Virus record (IMG/VR): IMGVR_UViG_3300037488_003510
DNA length: 20,000 nt
Strand: one strand, 5' to 3'
Source of the DNA: an uncultured virus (IMG/VR IMGVR_UViG_3300037488_003510)
Taxonomy: Duplodnaviria; Heunggongvirae; Uroviricota; Caudoviricetes
The notes under the pieces are model-generated. The model made no database searches, had not been told where the DNA came from, and was given only the letters and a program-made list of their open reading frames with translations. Position 1 is the first letter of the stretch; each line of letters starts with the position of its first letter. The translations under genes and the position numbers were made by a program. Positions 6,960 through 14,765 of the stretch are shown here, in pieces.

Positions 6960-7675
6960 GGAATATCCCCAAAACAAACTGGTGATAGCGACAACAATCG
7001 CTCGCGAATCATCTCGGCAATTTCGCGCATTTGTGGATGAGCCTTCGGCGAGGTTCGCAAGGTAAAGAAGTGCCGCCACTCGCGGAAGTTAGCGGTCATA
7101 CCGATTTCGGATTTAAGGGCATTGGGCAGCACGGAGCGAGCAATTTGGGCCGACACACCTTCTTTGAGAAGCGCCATGTAGACCAACTCCGCATTTTGCA
7201 TTGCGGTCGCCCAATTCGCCGGTCCCGCTGCGATAGCATCTTTGCCCATTACGACTAAGTTTGGCGGTTGAATGAAAGTCAACTCCCCGCCAAAGTTCGC
7301 TTTGTCGTAACTGCAATACCGTGTTGACTCCTGTGAATAGCTCGCGATTCGATGACGAACAATCTCGTGGGTCACTCCGCGATCTGTGATGATCGAGAAT
7401 CCGGCGCTGGCGTGTTCGAGAACCGATTCGTGGCCATTCGCCAAAATCATCTTGACGAATGCTATTGCAGATGAAATGTCGGTTCCCGCACCACCACACA
7501 TATCACACTTGGCGCGTGGTGATGGTCCATAGACATCGCGTCCTTCACCGTTACAGTTCTCACACTCTTTCACTTTGTGACTGCTCTGATAGCAAATGCG
7601 CCCCATTCGCTCAATAACTCGCTCAGAGTTGGGTGTGCTGTGAATCAACTCGACGCTTGGCTTGACAATTCTCAT
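6956..7675 (-). CDS. thyX: FAD-dependent thymidylate synthase with CxxCxGxG zinc-finger insertion
   Basis: GHESVLEH, THEIVRHRIASYSQESTRY, ARSVLP, NFREWRHFFTLR, AHPQMR; AAGGAG upstream. Confidence 0.96.
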   Translation of the reverse strand: MRIVKPSVELIHSTPNSERVIERMGRICYQSSHKVKECENCNGEGRDVYGPSPRAKCDMCGGAGTDISSAIAFVKMILANGHESVLEHASAGFSIITDRGVTHEIVRHRIASYSQESTRYCSYDKANFGGELTFIQPPNLVVMGKDAIAAGPANWATAMQNAELVYMALLKEGVSAQIARSVLPNALKSEIGMTANFREWRHFFTLRTSPKAHPQMREIAEMIRERLLSLSPVCFGDIP

Positions 7676-7689
7676 CTTCTGCTCCTTTG

Positions 7690-7992
7690 CTACCTCAATG
7701 GGTATGGTGAATAAGCCCAGGCAACAAGAGCCAGGTGCCTACGTGTTAGCGAACCGTCCTTCAAATCATGCAAAGGCTCCTTGTTGGCATCAACCTGGGC
7801 CATGTGACGCGCAATGAAACCTTCGCGCTTGGTTTTCCACTCAGGAGAAAGCCTCTTCGGATCGCCCTTGGCCTTCCGATAGGCCGTCAAGAATCCCCTC
7901 CTCGACCTCGCTACCTCCGACACGCCTAGACGCTCCATCTCAGGTACATACCGATCAATTACTGCAAGTGAAAGAAACTTCGAGTGTGCCAC
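7690..7992 (-). CDS. Small basic helical hypothetical protein (100 aa)
   Basis: GTG start with GGGAG upstream; GVSEVARSRRGFLTAY...W...R..FIARH...TRRHLALVAWAY. Confidence 0.75.
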   Translation of the reverse strand: MAHSKFLSLAVIDRYVPEMERLGVSEVARSRRGFLTAYRKAKGDPKRLSPEWKTKREGFIARHMAQVDANKEPLHDLKDGSLTRRHLALVAWAYSPYPLR

Positions 7993-8030
7993 TTAGATCT
8001 CCCTTCTTGTCGTCCTGCCAAAGACACCGA

Positions 8031-8105
8031 CTACCACTTCAAGAGACCCTCGGAACGAATGAGTCCCAATGCCACCCCAATCCCTATCCACAACAGCACC
8101 TCCAT
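8031..8105 (-). CDS. Putative 24-aa single-pass membrane peptide
   Basis: MEVLLWIGIGVALGLIRSEGLLKW*; ATG 1 nt after the upstream stop, GGGAG upstream; below the ORF-track cutoff. Confidence 0.5.
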   Translation of the reverse strand: MEVLLWIGIGVALGLIRSEGLLKW

Positions 8106-8106
8106 C

Positions 8107-9315
8107 TCACTTCTCTCCCTCATAGTGAGCTGGTCTTGAACCATCTGGCGTCCACACGAACCTCACCAAAATCGAAGTGGGTGGCATTCCGCGCTTCTCC
8201 TCCACAGCATTGATCATCGAACGCAGTCCATGTCGCTCATCCGTTAGACTCAATTGAATGGGAGTCAAGTTGTCGGCTCTCGTCGGATATGTTCCAATCT
8301 GAAATAGTCCCCTGTACTCCTTGTAGAGCTTGGCAAACTCCTCCGCTTCGGACTCATTCTGAGCCCCAAAACGAATACCAAACGTGATCCAAAACTTGCC
8401 TCCCATAGGAGGCGTCACATCGAATTGTCTGAAAGACAAAAAAGCATTGCTCAAGGTGGCAATCAGATCTGGCAGTCCTTCAGGTACTCTCCACTCGTCA
8501 GGTAGATTCCCAACTCGCACCTCCCCATCAACCGTGCCGTCTGAATTGACAAAACTCTGCGCTGCCATGTCAAGTCCTTGGCCAATCAACTCTAAAGACT
8601 CCATGACCATCACAGCCCTCGTGTGAATCTCTGCCTCAGCCGCCAACGCACGATTCGAAATCAAGGGCCTCTCAGGTAATGCCCTCTTCTTAAACTTCCT
8701 AGGCTTCGCTGGCTTTCGTCTGACCAGCTTTGCTGGCTTCCGTCTAACGGGCTTCGCAGGCTTGCGTCTAGATGGTTTCGCGAGCTTCCGTTTAGCAAGC
8801 TTCGCGGTCTTCGTTGACGCTCGCTTGGCTAACTTCGCTGGGCGCCGCTTGATAGGCTTTACAAGCTTCCGCTTCGCTGTCTTCGTCGGTTTTGCCGACT
8901 TCCGCTTGCCCCTCTTTAGCGGCTTGAGAACCTTCGAGGACTTTCGTTCGGGTGGCTTAGCCGCCAACCTCTTAATAGACTTCGCTGTCTTACTCTTGGC
9001 AGACTTGGCAACCTTCACCAGTTTTTGGCTGGTTGGCTTCCCTGTCTTCGATGAAGTAATCGCCTTTGAAATCTTCCGTCGAAAAGGCTTTGCGATCTTC
9101 TTGAGCGGCGCCTCTGGCCTCCTCTTAACTCGCCTAGTTGGTCTAACTCCAACCTTTCCTAAGTCTTCCTTGTATGCCTTCGGCGCCACTGACCGTATGA
9201 CCCGCGACTTCGACTTCGCTCGAATGGGGTGTTCGGTCTTTTGGGCAGCTTCAGCTTCTCGCGATGCTGCTTTTAGCGAAACAAACTTACCGTAGCGATC
9301 TCGCATTAGGAACAT
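8107..9315 (-). CDS. Histone H1-like Lys/Arg-rich repeat protein with C-terminal globular domain
   Basis: AAGGAG upstream; RDRYGKF N-terminal motif, about 215 aa K/R/P/A-rich region, about 180 aa globular domain. Confidence 0.85.
   Translation of the reverse strand: MFLMRDRYGKFVSLKAASREAEAAQKTEHPIRAKSKSRVIRSVAPKAYKEDLGKVGVRPTRRVKRRPEAPLKKIAKPFRRKISKAITSSKTGKPTSQKLVKVAKSAKSKTAKSIKRLAAKPPERKSSKVLKPLKRGKRKSAKPTKTAKRKLVKPIKRRPAKLAKRASTKTAKLAKRKLAKPSRRKPAKPVRRKPAKLVRRKPAKPRKFKKRALPERPLISNRALAAEAEIHTRAVMVMESLELIGQGLDMAAQSFVNSDGTVDGEVRVGNLPDEWRVPEGLPDLIATLSNAFLSFRQFDVTPPMGGKFWITFGIRFGAQNESEAEEFAKLYKEYRGLFQIGTYPTRADNLTPIQLSLTDERHGLRSMINAVEEKRGMPPTSILVRFVWTPDGSRPAHYEGEK
8699..8935 (-). repeat. Degenerate coding tandem repeat (8- and 11-aa units, e.g. 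RRKPAKPV)
   Basis: AKRKLAKP SRRKPAKP VRRKPAKL VRRKPAKP; 24-nt periodicity with synonymous divergence. Confidence 0.75.
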
Positions 9316-9324
9316 GACTTCTCC

Positions 9325-10770
9325 TTACGATGGCTCGCCTGCGGGACTCTTGCTAAAAACAGACTGAGCAGTTGCCAATGCCTCTGACAATGGTTGCGAC
9401 AGCAATGGCACCTTTGGCATACCATCCGGAGTCTTCGACGAATCAAGTGTTCGCTTCTTGCGCACTTTGAATTTTCGAAACTTGGGAGAGAAGCCCCCCT
9501 GCACGAAATAGGAATGGCCTGGTAACAGAGCTGGAATGCAATCAATACACTCCTTGAGCTGGGGAGCTGTCACCAGGCGGCGCAACAGCTCCTCCACTGC
9601 CAGCAGATCTCTAGGATCGACCATGTTGAGCAACCACATACATTCAAACTGAGACCGTATGTTCTTGTTGATTACAGCTGGACGTTGCGTGATAATTGTC
9701 GTTCCAATGCCCTTTCCTCGGCCTCGCCTAACTAGACGGTCCAGGTTCTCCAGCGAACGCTTCTGATGAGAACTCGCCGCGCTCAACCTCTCGGGAGCAA
9801 ACTCGTCTGCCTCATCAATAAACACATGCAACGGCGACTTCGGCGAAGTAGCATATAGATGAGACGAAAAATCAGCCACGAACTCGTGCTGCTCAACCGG
9901 CGCCAACAACGACATGTCTACCTGAACGGCGTGGGGACGAATGGCATTCACTACCTCCGCAACCTTCGCTCCGTCCTTTGAGGTAATAGGCAAGTTCGCG
10001 TACACTCCACCAAAACGAAGGATATGATAAGGAGATGGCGAACCATCCTCCATCGAGCATAAACCACCCCACACCCCCATCGGATCGAGAATCACCAGCG
10101 GCACCTTCATTGTCGAGCAAGACAACATCTCCTCAGCCAACACCATGCCTAGGTAAGTCTTTCCAGAGTGTTTCTTGGCCAGTATGATCCCCGTGGTAGT
10201 AGCATAGGAAGCAGGTGACAACGTCAGGTTTTCCGCTGGTACTGACAATACTAGGCCACCCGACAGATCTTCCTTGTCACCCCGATCTTCCCCTCCCTCA
10301 CTGCCAAGTTCCTCATCCAATGAAAGTATCGTTTGACGTTCGGTTCTCATAGATGTCGATGAAACAGAAGTTTGCTCATTGGCCAACTCCACACCTGCCA
10401 ATAGCAAAAGTACATCCTGCGTCTCTTCGCCAGAGGCCAGCATTCGCAGTTTGAAACTGTTTCCAACTCGCGCGAAACCATACCCCCTCATCAATAGGGA
10501 GCGCATAGCTGCTACCCATTCGCCATGAGGCAACAGCTTGTCCATCTGATTGGTGGTATGGTACCGATGATCTAAGAACAAGCCTAATAGCTTGTCCTGC
10601 GGAGACTTGACAGCATTATGGCCGACGGGAGGTCGGCCTACATTCGGATCGCCTAGATATGTCGGACTCGATGTCCTTCTCGGGTGAGCGATTTCCGGCT
10701 CGCTTTCCTCCCTGGAAACAGTCGAGCGATCTCGAAACGGTGCCCGAGTGGGAAAGCGACCTCTCAGCAT
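9325..10770 (-). CDS. HerA/FtsK-superfamily (DUF87-like) P-loop ATPase with N-terminal winged-helix-like domain
   Basis: Walker A AKKHSGKT, ILDPMG, Walker B VFIDEAD, Arg finger RRGR, ITQRP. Confidence 0.88.
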   Translation of the reverse strand: MLRGRFPTRAPFRDRSTVSREESEPEIAHPRRTSSPTYLGDPNVGRPPVGHNAVKSPQDKLLGLFLDHRYHTTNQMDKLLPHGEWVAAMRSLLMRGYGFARVGNSFKLRMLASGEETQDVLLLLAGVELANEQTSVSSTSMRTERQTILSLDEELGSEGGEDRGDKEDLSGGLVLSVPAENLTLSPASYATTTGIILAKKHSGKTYLGMVLAEEMLSCSTMKVPLVILDPMGVWGGLCSMEDGSPSPYHILRFGGVYANLPITSKDGAKVAEVVNAIRPHAVQVDMSLLAPVEQHEFVADFSSHLYATSPKSPLHVFIDEADEFAPERLSAASSHQKRSLENLDRLVRRGRGKGIGTTIITQRPAVINKNIRSQFECMWLLNMVDPRDLLAVEELLRRLVTAPQLKECIDCIPALLPGHSYFVQGGFSPKFRKFKVRKKRTLDSSKTPDGMPKVPLLSQPLSEALATAQSVFSKSPAGEPS

Positions 10771-10845
10771 TGTGTATCACCCGGCAACATGAAGTCTCCA
10801 TGTCCGGAAAGTTCTGAGAACCGAATGTCTCGCATAATCGGCTCT

Positions 10846-11220
10846 CTAGGACTTCTTTGGTTCTACCGTCTCCGCGTCGACTACTTCTGGTCGTTCGGTC
10901 CCTTCTAGATCGCGTTTGCGCGGCTCCAGCTTCTGAACCCTAAATCGCCCATCGGCATAGATGGTAACGAGTTTGTGGGGGAATTTCCGCGCCCACGAGG
11001 TCAAAGTGGCCATGAATTCAGCCTGACGAGTATCCCCGACTCCCAAATACGTCTCAATCGCCTTTTCCAGCTGGTCTTCGTCGAAGAAATACTCAGTATC
11101 GTCCGCTCTCTTGTAGTGATACAAGCTGAGATGGGGGCAAAATGAGATCTGAGTTGTAGACGAATCGAGAATCGGATCGCCAACGGTTTGCGAAGATGTA
11201 ACAGGCGACTTTTCCATCAT
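10846..11220 (-). CDS. Hypothetical protein (124 aa)
   Basis: GGGAG upstream; in operon. Confidence 0.75.
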   Translation of the reverse strand: MMEKSPVTSSQTVGDPILDSSTTQISFCPHLSLYHYKRADDTEYFFDEDQLEKAIETYLGVGDTRQAEFMATLTSWARKFPHKLVTIYADGRFRVQKLEPRKRDLEGTERPEVVDAETVEPKKS

Positions 11221-11243
11221 GTGAAACTCCCGAAATCAAAAGA

Positions 11244-11343
11244 GGAAGAGAGAGCCCAAGGCAACTTCCACCTTCAGAAGTTGACGCAATTACTTGAACC
11301 ACCACCACCATGGTAATGGTCCCCACCTCGGGCTCTCTCCCCC
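11244..11343 (-). ncRNA. Candidate structured RNA (three-way junction) followed by U-rich tract
   Basis: 19-bp closing stem, 11-bp and 7-8-bp inner hairpins; all non-Watson-Crick positions are G-U on the minus strand. Confidence 0.65.
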
Positions 11344-11353
11344 ACACTACTCA

Positions 11354-11572
11354 CTACGAAACGGACTTTTTTGAAGCGAGCTTGCTAGAGACCGGCGTCT
11401 TCTTGTCGACATCGGCCTCCAGCAAAGTCAACGCCAACTGGCGTACCAACTGCGCCGTTTTGCTTCGCCAGCTATCCGTTTGTCGTCCATCTATCAGAAC
11501 CGCTGCTTCTAATCTCAGTAGAAAAGCAGCATCGGGTCTGTAGCTGACTCTTATTGCAACGGGCCGGCTCAT
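11354..11572 (-). CDS. Hypothetical protein (72 aa)
   Basis: Fills the gap directly after the SSB-like gene; tandem TAG TGA stops. Confidence 0.6.
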   Translation of the reverse strand: MSRPVAIRVSYRPDAAFLLRLEAAVLIDGRQTDSWRSKTAQLVRQLALTLLEADVDKKTPVSSKLASKKSVS

Positions 11573-11578
11573 GGCGAA

Positions 11579-12073
11579 TTACGAGTTGGCTTCGTCGGAA
11601 CCATCCGAGAAGTCGGGAGTCTCCTCCTCGATAGCACGAGGTGGACGATCCTGTTGCACTTGAACGTCGAGGTTGTGCATGGTGCGACCGCCAGTCAGCT
11701 TGATCTTCTGACCGATGACTCCAACCCACACCTTGTATTCCGCTCCTTGTTCGATCTGCGCGATGATCTTCTCCAGGGGCCTCGTCTTGGGGCCGTGATT
11801 GAGGTTGACATGATCGCCCGCCTTGGCAGTGACAATCTTGGCATCCTCAGCGTGTCCCATACGCACCTGGCAATCCTCCGTGATCTGCACCTGGAAGAAC
11901 TTCGAAGTGCCTCCCTTTGCAATCGCATCCTTGCGCTCATAGAGACCTTCCAACTTGCCATGACACACGTTCCCGACGAGCGACTGGTCGAACCAGCCCG
12001 CATCGGACACGCTACCAACACGACGGAAGCCCTCGGGCGCACGGGCGGTACCAACTGACTGCTGCTTTGCCAT
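11579..12073 (-). CDS. Putative single-stranded DNA-binding protein (OB-fold-like, acidic tail)
   Basis: Start re-assigned to ATG 12073 (GGAG upstream). Beta-rich pattern (VCHGKL, KFFQVQI, YKVWVGV, HNLDVQV) and tail EEETPDFSDGSDEANS; first gene of the replication arm. Confidence 0.65.
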   Translation of the reverse strand: MAKQQSVGTARAPEGFRRVGSVSDAGWFDQSLVGNVCHGKLEGLYERKDAIAKGGTSKFFQVQITEDCQVRMGHAEDAKIVTAKAGDHVNLNHGPKTRPLEKIIAQIEQGAEYKVWVGVIGQKIKLTGGRTMHNLDVQVQQDRPPRAIEEETPDFSDGSDEANS

Positions 12074-12160
12074 TCGTTTCTCTCCATTCACTGGGTTTGA
12101 CTGATGAGGACTCAGCTCCCGAACCGTTCGGGGCGATGCCTCCGACTCATGGACGGCCCG

Positions 12161-12189
12161 AACGTACTTCACGGCAAACCACTGTGCAA
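12161..12189 (-). promoter_or_regulatory. Leftward sigma70-type promoter
   Basis: Minus-strand TTGCAC-17 nt-TACGTT. Confidence 0.55.
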
Positions 12190-12225
12190 GGAAAAAATAT
12201 AGGGGGGGATATATTTTCCTCCCAC

Positions 12226-12255
12226 TTGCCCCACAAACCCACTGTGTGCTAGGCT
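12226..12255 (+). promoter_or_regulatory. Rightward sigma70-type promoter with extended -10
   Basis: TTGCCC-18 nt-TAGGCT with TGn; ATG 9 nt after the -10 box and no SD, so near-leaderless. Confidence 0.55.
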
Positions 12256-12264
12256 GCCACCCTC

Positions 12265-12468
12265 ATGCCGAAACCTCGCCGAGTATACGCACCTGTCGTC
12301 AGGACGTACATCAGTTCCAGTCGCTCGCCTGCCCGCAACGACTATCACGTTAGAATCTGCTCGCGACTGTATGGACTAGATCGCAAAGGCTCTGGAGAAT
12401 CCGTAGCACAGGCCGTTGCGAAAGCGCTAGAAGGAATCCCGCAAGCTAAAAAGAGAAAGCATCGATGA
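12265..12468 (+). CDS. Small basic hypothetical protein (67 aa)
   Basis: First ORF after the rightward promoter. Confidence 0.6.
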   Translation: MPKPRRVYAPVVRTYISSSRSPARNDYHVRICSRLYGLDRKGSGESVAQAVAKALEGIPQAKKRKHR

Positions 12469-12511
12469 TAGAATCTTCATGCTCTGAAACTTCAGTCCGT
12501 CTGCCTAACAC

Positions 12512-14404
12512 ATGAAAATCACCTTCTGGAAAAAGGTATTCGTGGCAGACTCCTTGCCCGAAGACCACGCTGCTCTCAAAAAAGCCGGCTTCGAACTCCA
12601 TGAGCCCACTCTGTGTGAAGACAAAGAACGATGCAGGGCTTGCAGAGCCAAGATAGGGCGTCGATTCTGGTCATCTAGAGTAGAAGATGCTACTCGTCTT
12701 CTCAGTCACTGTAACGACACTGCTAAATCCGTGATGAAACAGCATCTAGCCATGCTAGAGAAGTCCCGAGCAGTGTCCTCCAACATTGACATACCAGCAC
12801 CTCCAGGTCTGACGTACCTTCCGTATCAGAAAGCAGGAGTAGCCTACGCCCTCCAGCGCAAAGACACCTTAATAGGAGATGAACCCGGACTCGGAAAAAC
12901 AATACAAGCCCTGGGATTCATCAACAAGACGAAGCCGAAAAACGTCATCGTCGTGGCACCAGTTACCTTGGCTTTCAACTGGAAGCTTGAAGCAGAGAAG
13001 TGGCTCATTGATCCGTATGAAATCTTCATTCCCAAAACTGGAGCCGACGAAATCCCCGCCACAGAAAATGGTCTTTTTGTGATAACCAACTATGAGAAGT
13101 TGGTAGGATCTAGAAGTCGAAGTCTTATTCAGAAGTGGAAGTTTCGCTCATCAAAGAACGATCCAAAGGCAATTGAAAAGCTCAAAGAGCTAGAACAGAA
13201 ACTTCTAGTTCTGCGAAACTTGGCTCGTTCTGGTGACGAAAAAGCCGCAAGTCAAGTCAGCAAGATCGAAGAAGAACTGAATCTCCCTGTGACCGGAGAG
13301 TCAACAAGTAACTTCTGTGACAGTCTCAGAAGGATCTGGGACATAGCTATCTTTGATGAAGCCCAGGCCATCAAAAACCCCCAATCGAAACGCTCTCAGG
13401 CCGTACTCGGCGAAGAAGGACTCGTGCGCCGATCTCGCCGTACCCTCTTCCTCACAGGTACCCCCATCGAGAATTACCCCAAGGAAATATGGCCGGTCGC
13501 CGCCACCATCTGCCCAGCCAAATTCGGAGACTGGTGGGCTTTCGCTCGCCGCTACTGCGGCCTCCACACCGAGGTTCACAACAACCGCAAGGTATACGTC
13601 ACCACGGGCTCATCCCACCTCTCCGAGCTACAGCAACGCTTACGCTCCTCCTTTATGGTGAGGCGCCTCAAACACGACGTCCTCAAAGAGCTGCCCCCCA
13701 AACGACGCCAGCTCGTCGTCCTAGGCGACGAAACCATAGACTGGAATTCGCACCCGGACTTCCAGCGCTGGAAGAAACTCTACGAGAGCCAGTACGAAGC
13801 TGCCTTAGCGCGACTTGAAGCCTCTAAGACCCTAGGCGAGTACAAAAAGGCGCTCAAGGATCTCCAGGCCACCACAGGTGTAGCTTTCACGGAAATGTCT
13901 GAGTTTCGACACAAAACCGCGCTAGCAAAATTGCCACTTTGCCTAAAGTACATCGATGATTTGCTTGCAACCGAAATCGAAAACGTGGTCATTTTTGCTC
14001 ACCATCAAGACGTACTAGAGAAGATCCACGAACACTACAAAGAATCCTCCTGTCTGCTTTACGGAAACACTCCCATGGAAAAGCGAGGAGACATCGTCAA
14101 GCAGTTTCAGGATGGTCATAAGAGAATCTTCATCGGTGGTCTCAAACCAGCTGGAACCGGCATAACGCTCACTCGTGCCAGCACTGTCATATTCATCGAA
14201 ATCGACTGGGTACCAGCTGTACTATCTCAAGCAGAAGACAGGTTATGCCGAATCGGACAGAAAAAGATGGTTCACGTCATCCACTTGGTGCTCAACAACA
14301 CCTTGGATGTGAATATGTCCAAGAAAGTAATCGCCAAACAAGACATCATCGACAAGGCGCTAGATCGTCTACCTGAACACATTCGTCTCAAGCATGCTGT
14401 GTAA
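12512..14404 (+). CDS. SNF2-family (SMARCAL1/HARP-like) helicase/translocase
   Basis: LPYQKAGV, DEPGLGKT, ITNYE, DEAQ, LTGTP, RRLKHDVLKELPPK, VIFAHH, GITLT, QAEDRLCRIGQ. Confidence 0.95.
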   Translation: MKITFWKKVFVADSLPEDHAALKKAGFELHEPTLCEDKERCRACRAKIGRRFWSSRVEDATRLLSHCNDTAKSVMKQHLAMLEKSRAVSSNIDIPAPPGLTYLPYQKAGVAYALQRKDTLIGDEPGLGKTIQALGFINKTKPKNVIVVAPVTLAFNWKLEAEKWLIDPYEIFIPKTGADEIPATENGLFVITNYEKLVGSRSRSLIQKWKFRSSKNDPKAIEKLKELEQKLLVLRNLARSGDEKAASQVSKIEEELNLPVTGESTSNFCDSLRRIWDIAIFDEAQAIKNPQSKRSQAVLGEEGLVRRSRRTLFLTGTPIENYPKEIWPVAATICPAKFGDWWAFARRYCGLHTEVHNNRKVYVTTGSSHLSELQQRLRSSFMVRRLKHDVLKELPPKRRQLVVLGDETIDWNSHPDFQRWKKLYESQYEAALARLEASKTLGEYKKALKDLQATTGVAFTEMSEFRHKTALAKLPLCLKYIDDLLATEIENVVIFAHHQDVLEKIHEHYKESSCLLYGNTPMEKRGDIVKQFQDGHKRIFIGGLKPAGTGITLTRASTVIFIEIDWVPAVLSQAEDRLCRIGQKKMVHVIHLVLNNTLDVNMSKKVIAKQDIIDKALDRLPEHIRLKHAV

Positions 14405-14429
14405 AGCACCCCAACAAACAAGATCGTCC

Positions 14430-14765
14430 ATGAAAAACAAAAAGCTCACTGAACGGAAAAAGCAAATCAAACCAGAACAAACTTGCAAGACTGTGTCTCA
14501 TTCTCCCTCCAAAAATCAATGGGAGTACAAGATGCTAATGGAGAGAATTTCTATTCTCTTCCTCAACGACATGAAAAGAAAAGACGTGTCGCTGTTCGAA
14601 CTAGCATCTCGCCTAGAATGGACTCCACAGAAGCTCTTGCAATGGCTCGATGGTTCCATGGCGAGATCTGTTGAGCCCGACAAAGATGGCACTCTCGGAG
14701 AATTTGTCAGAATTGCTGCTGCCCTGGGAAGCAGACTTGAATGGGAAATTGTGAAAAACAGGTAG
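14430..14765 (+). CDS. XRE/Cro-C1-type HTH protein (start uncertain: 14394, 14430 or 14532)
   Basis: MKRKDVSLFELASRLEWTPQKLLQWLDG...TLGEFVRIAAALG. Confidence 0.75.
   Translation: MKNKKLTERKKQIKPEQTCKTVSHSPSKNQWEYKMLMERISILFLNDMKRKDVSLFELASRLEWTPQKLLQWLDGSMARSVEPDKDGTLGEFVRIAAALGSRLEWEIVKNR

Noticed and set aside
8699..8935. Periodic DNA as a CRISPR array or diversity-generating repeat
   Set aside because: In-frame peptide repeat with synonymous variation, no spacers, and no cas or reverse transcriptase gene.
11093..11347. 84-aa minus-strand ORF across the structured region
   Set aside because: Overlaps the next gene by over 120 nt, lacks a clear SD, and its sequence is explained by RNA pairing.
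12101..12143. CTGATGAG followed by CGAA suggested a hammerhead ribozyme
   Set aside because: GAAC instead of GAAA, stem II out of register, no stem I/III partners; CCCGAA/TTCGGG forms a simple hairpin instead.
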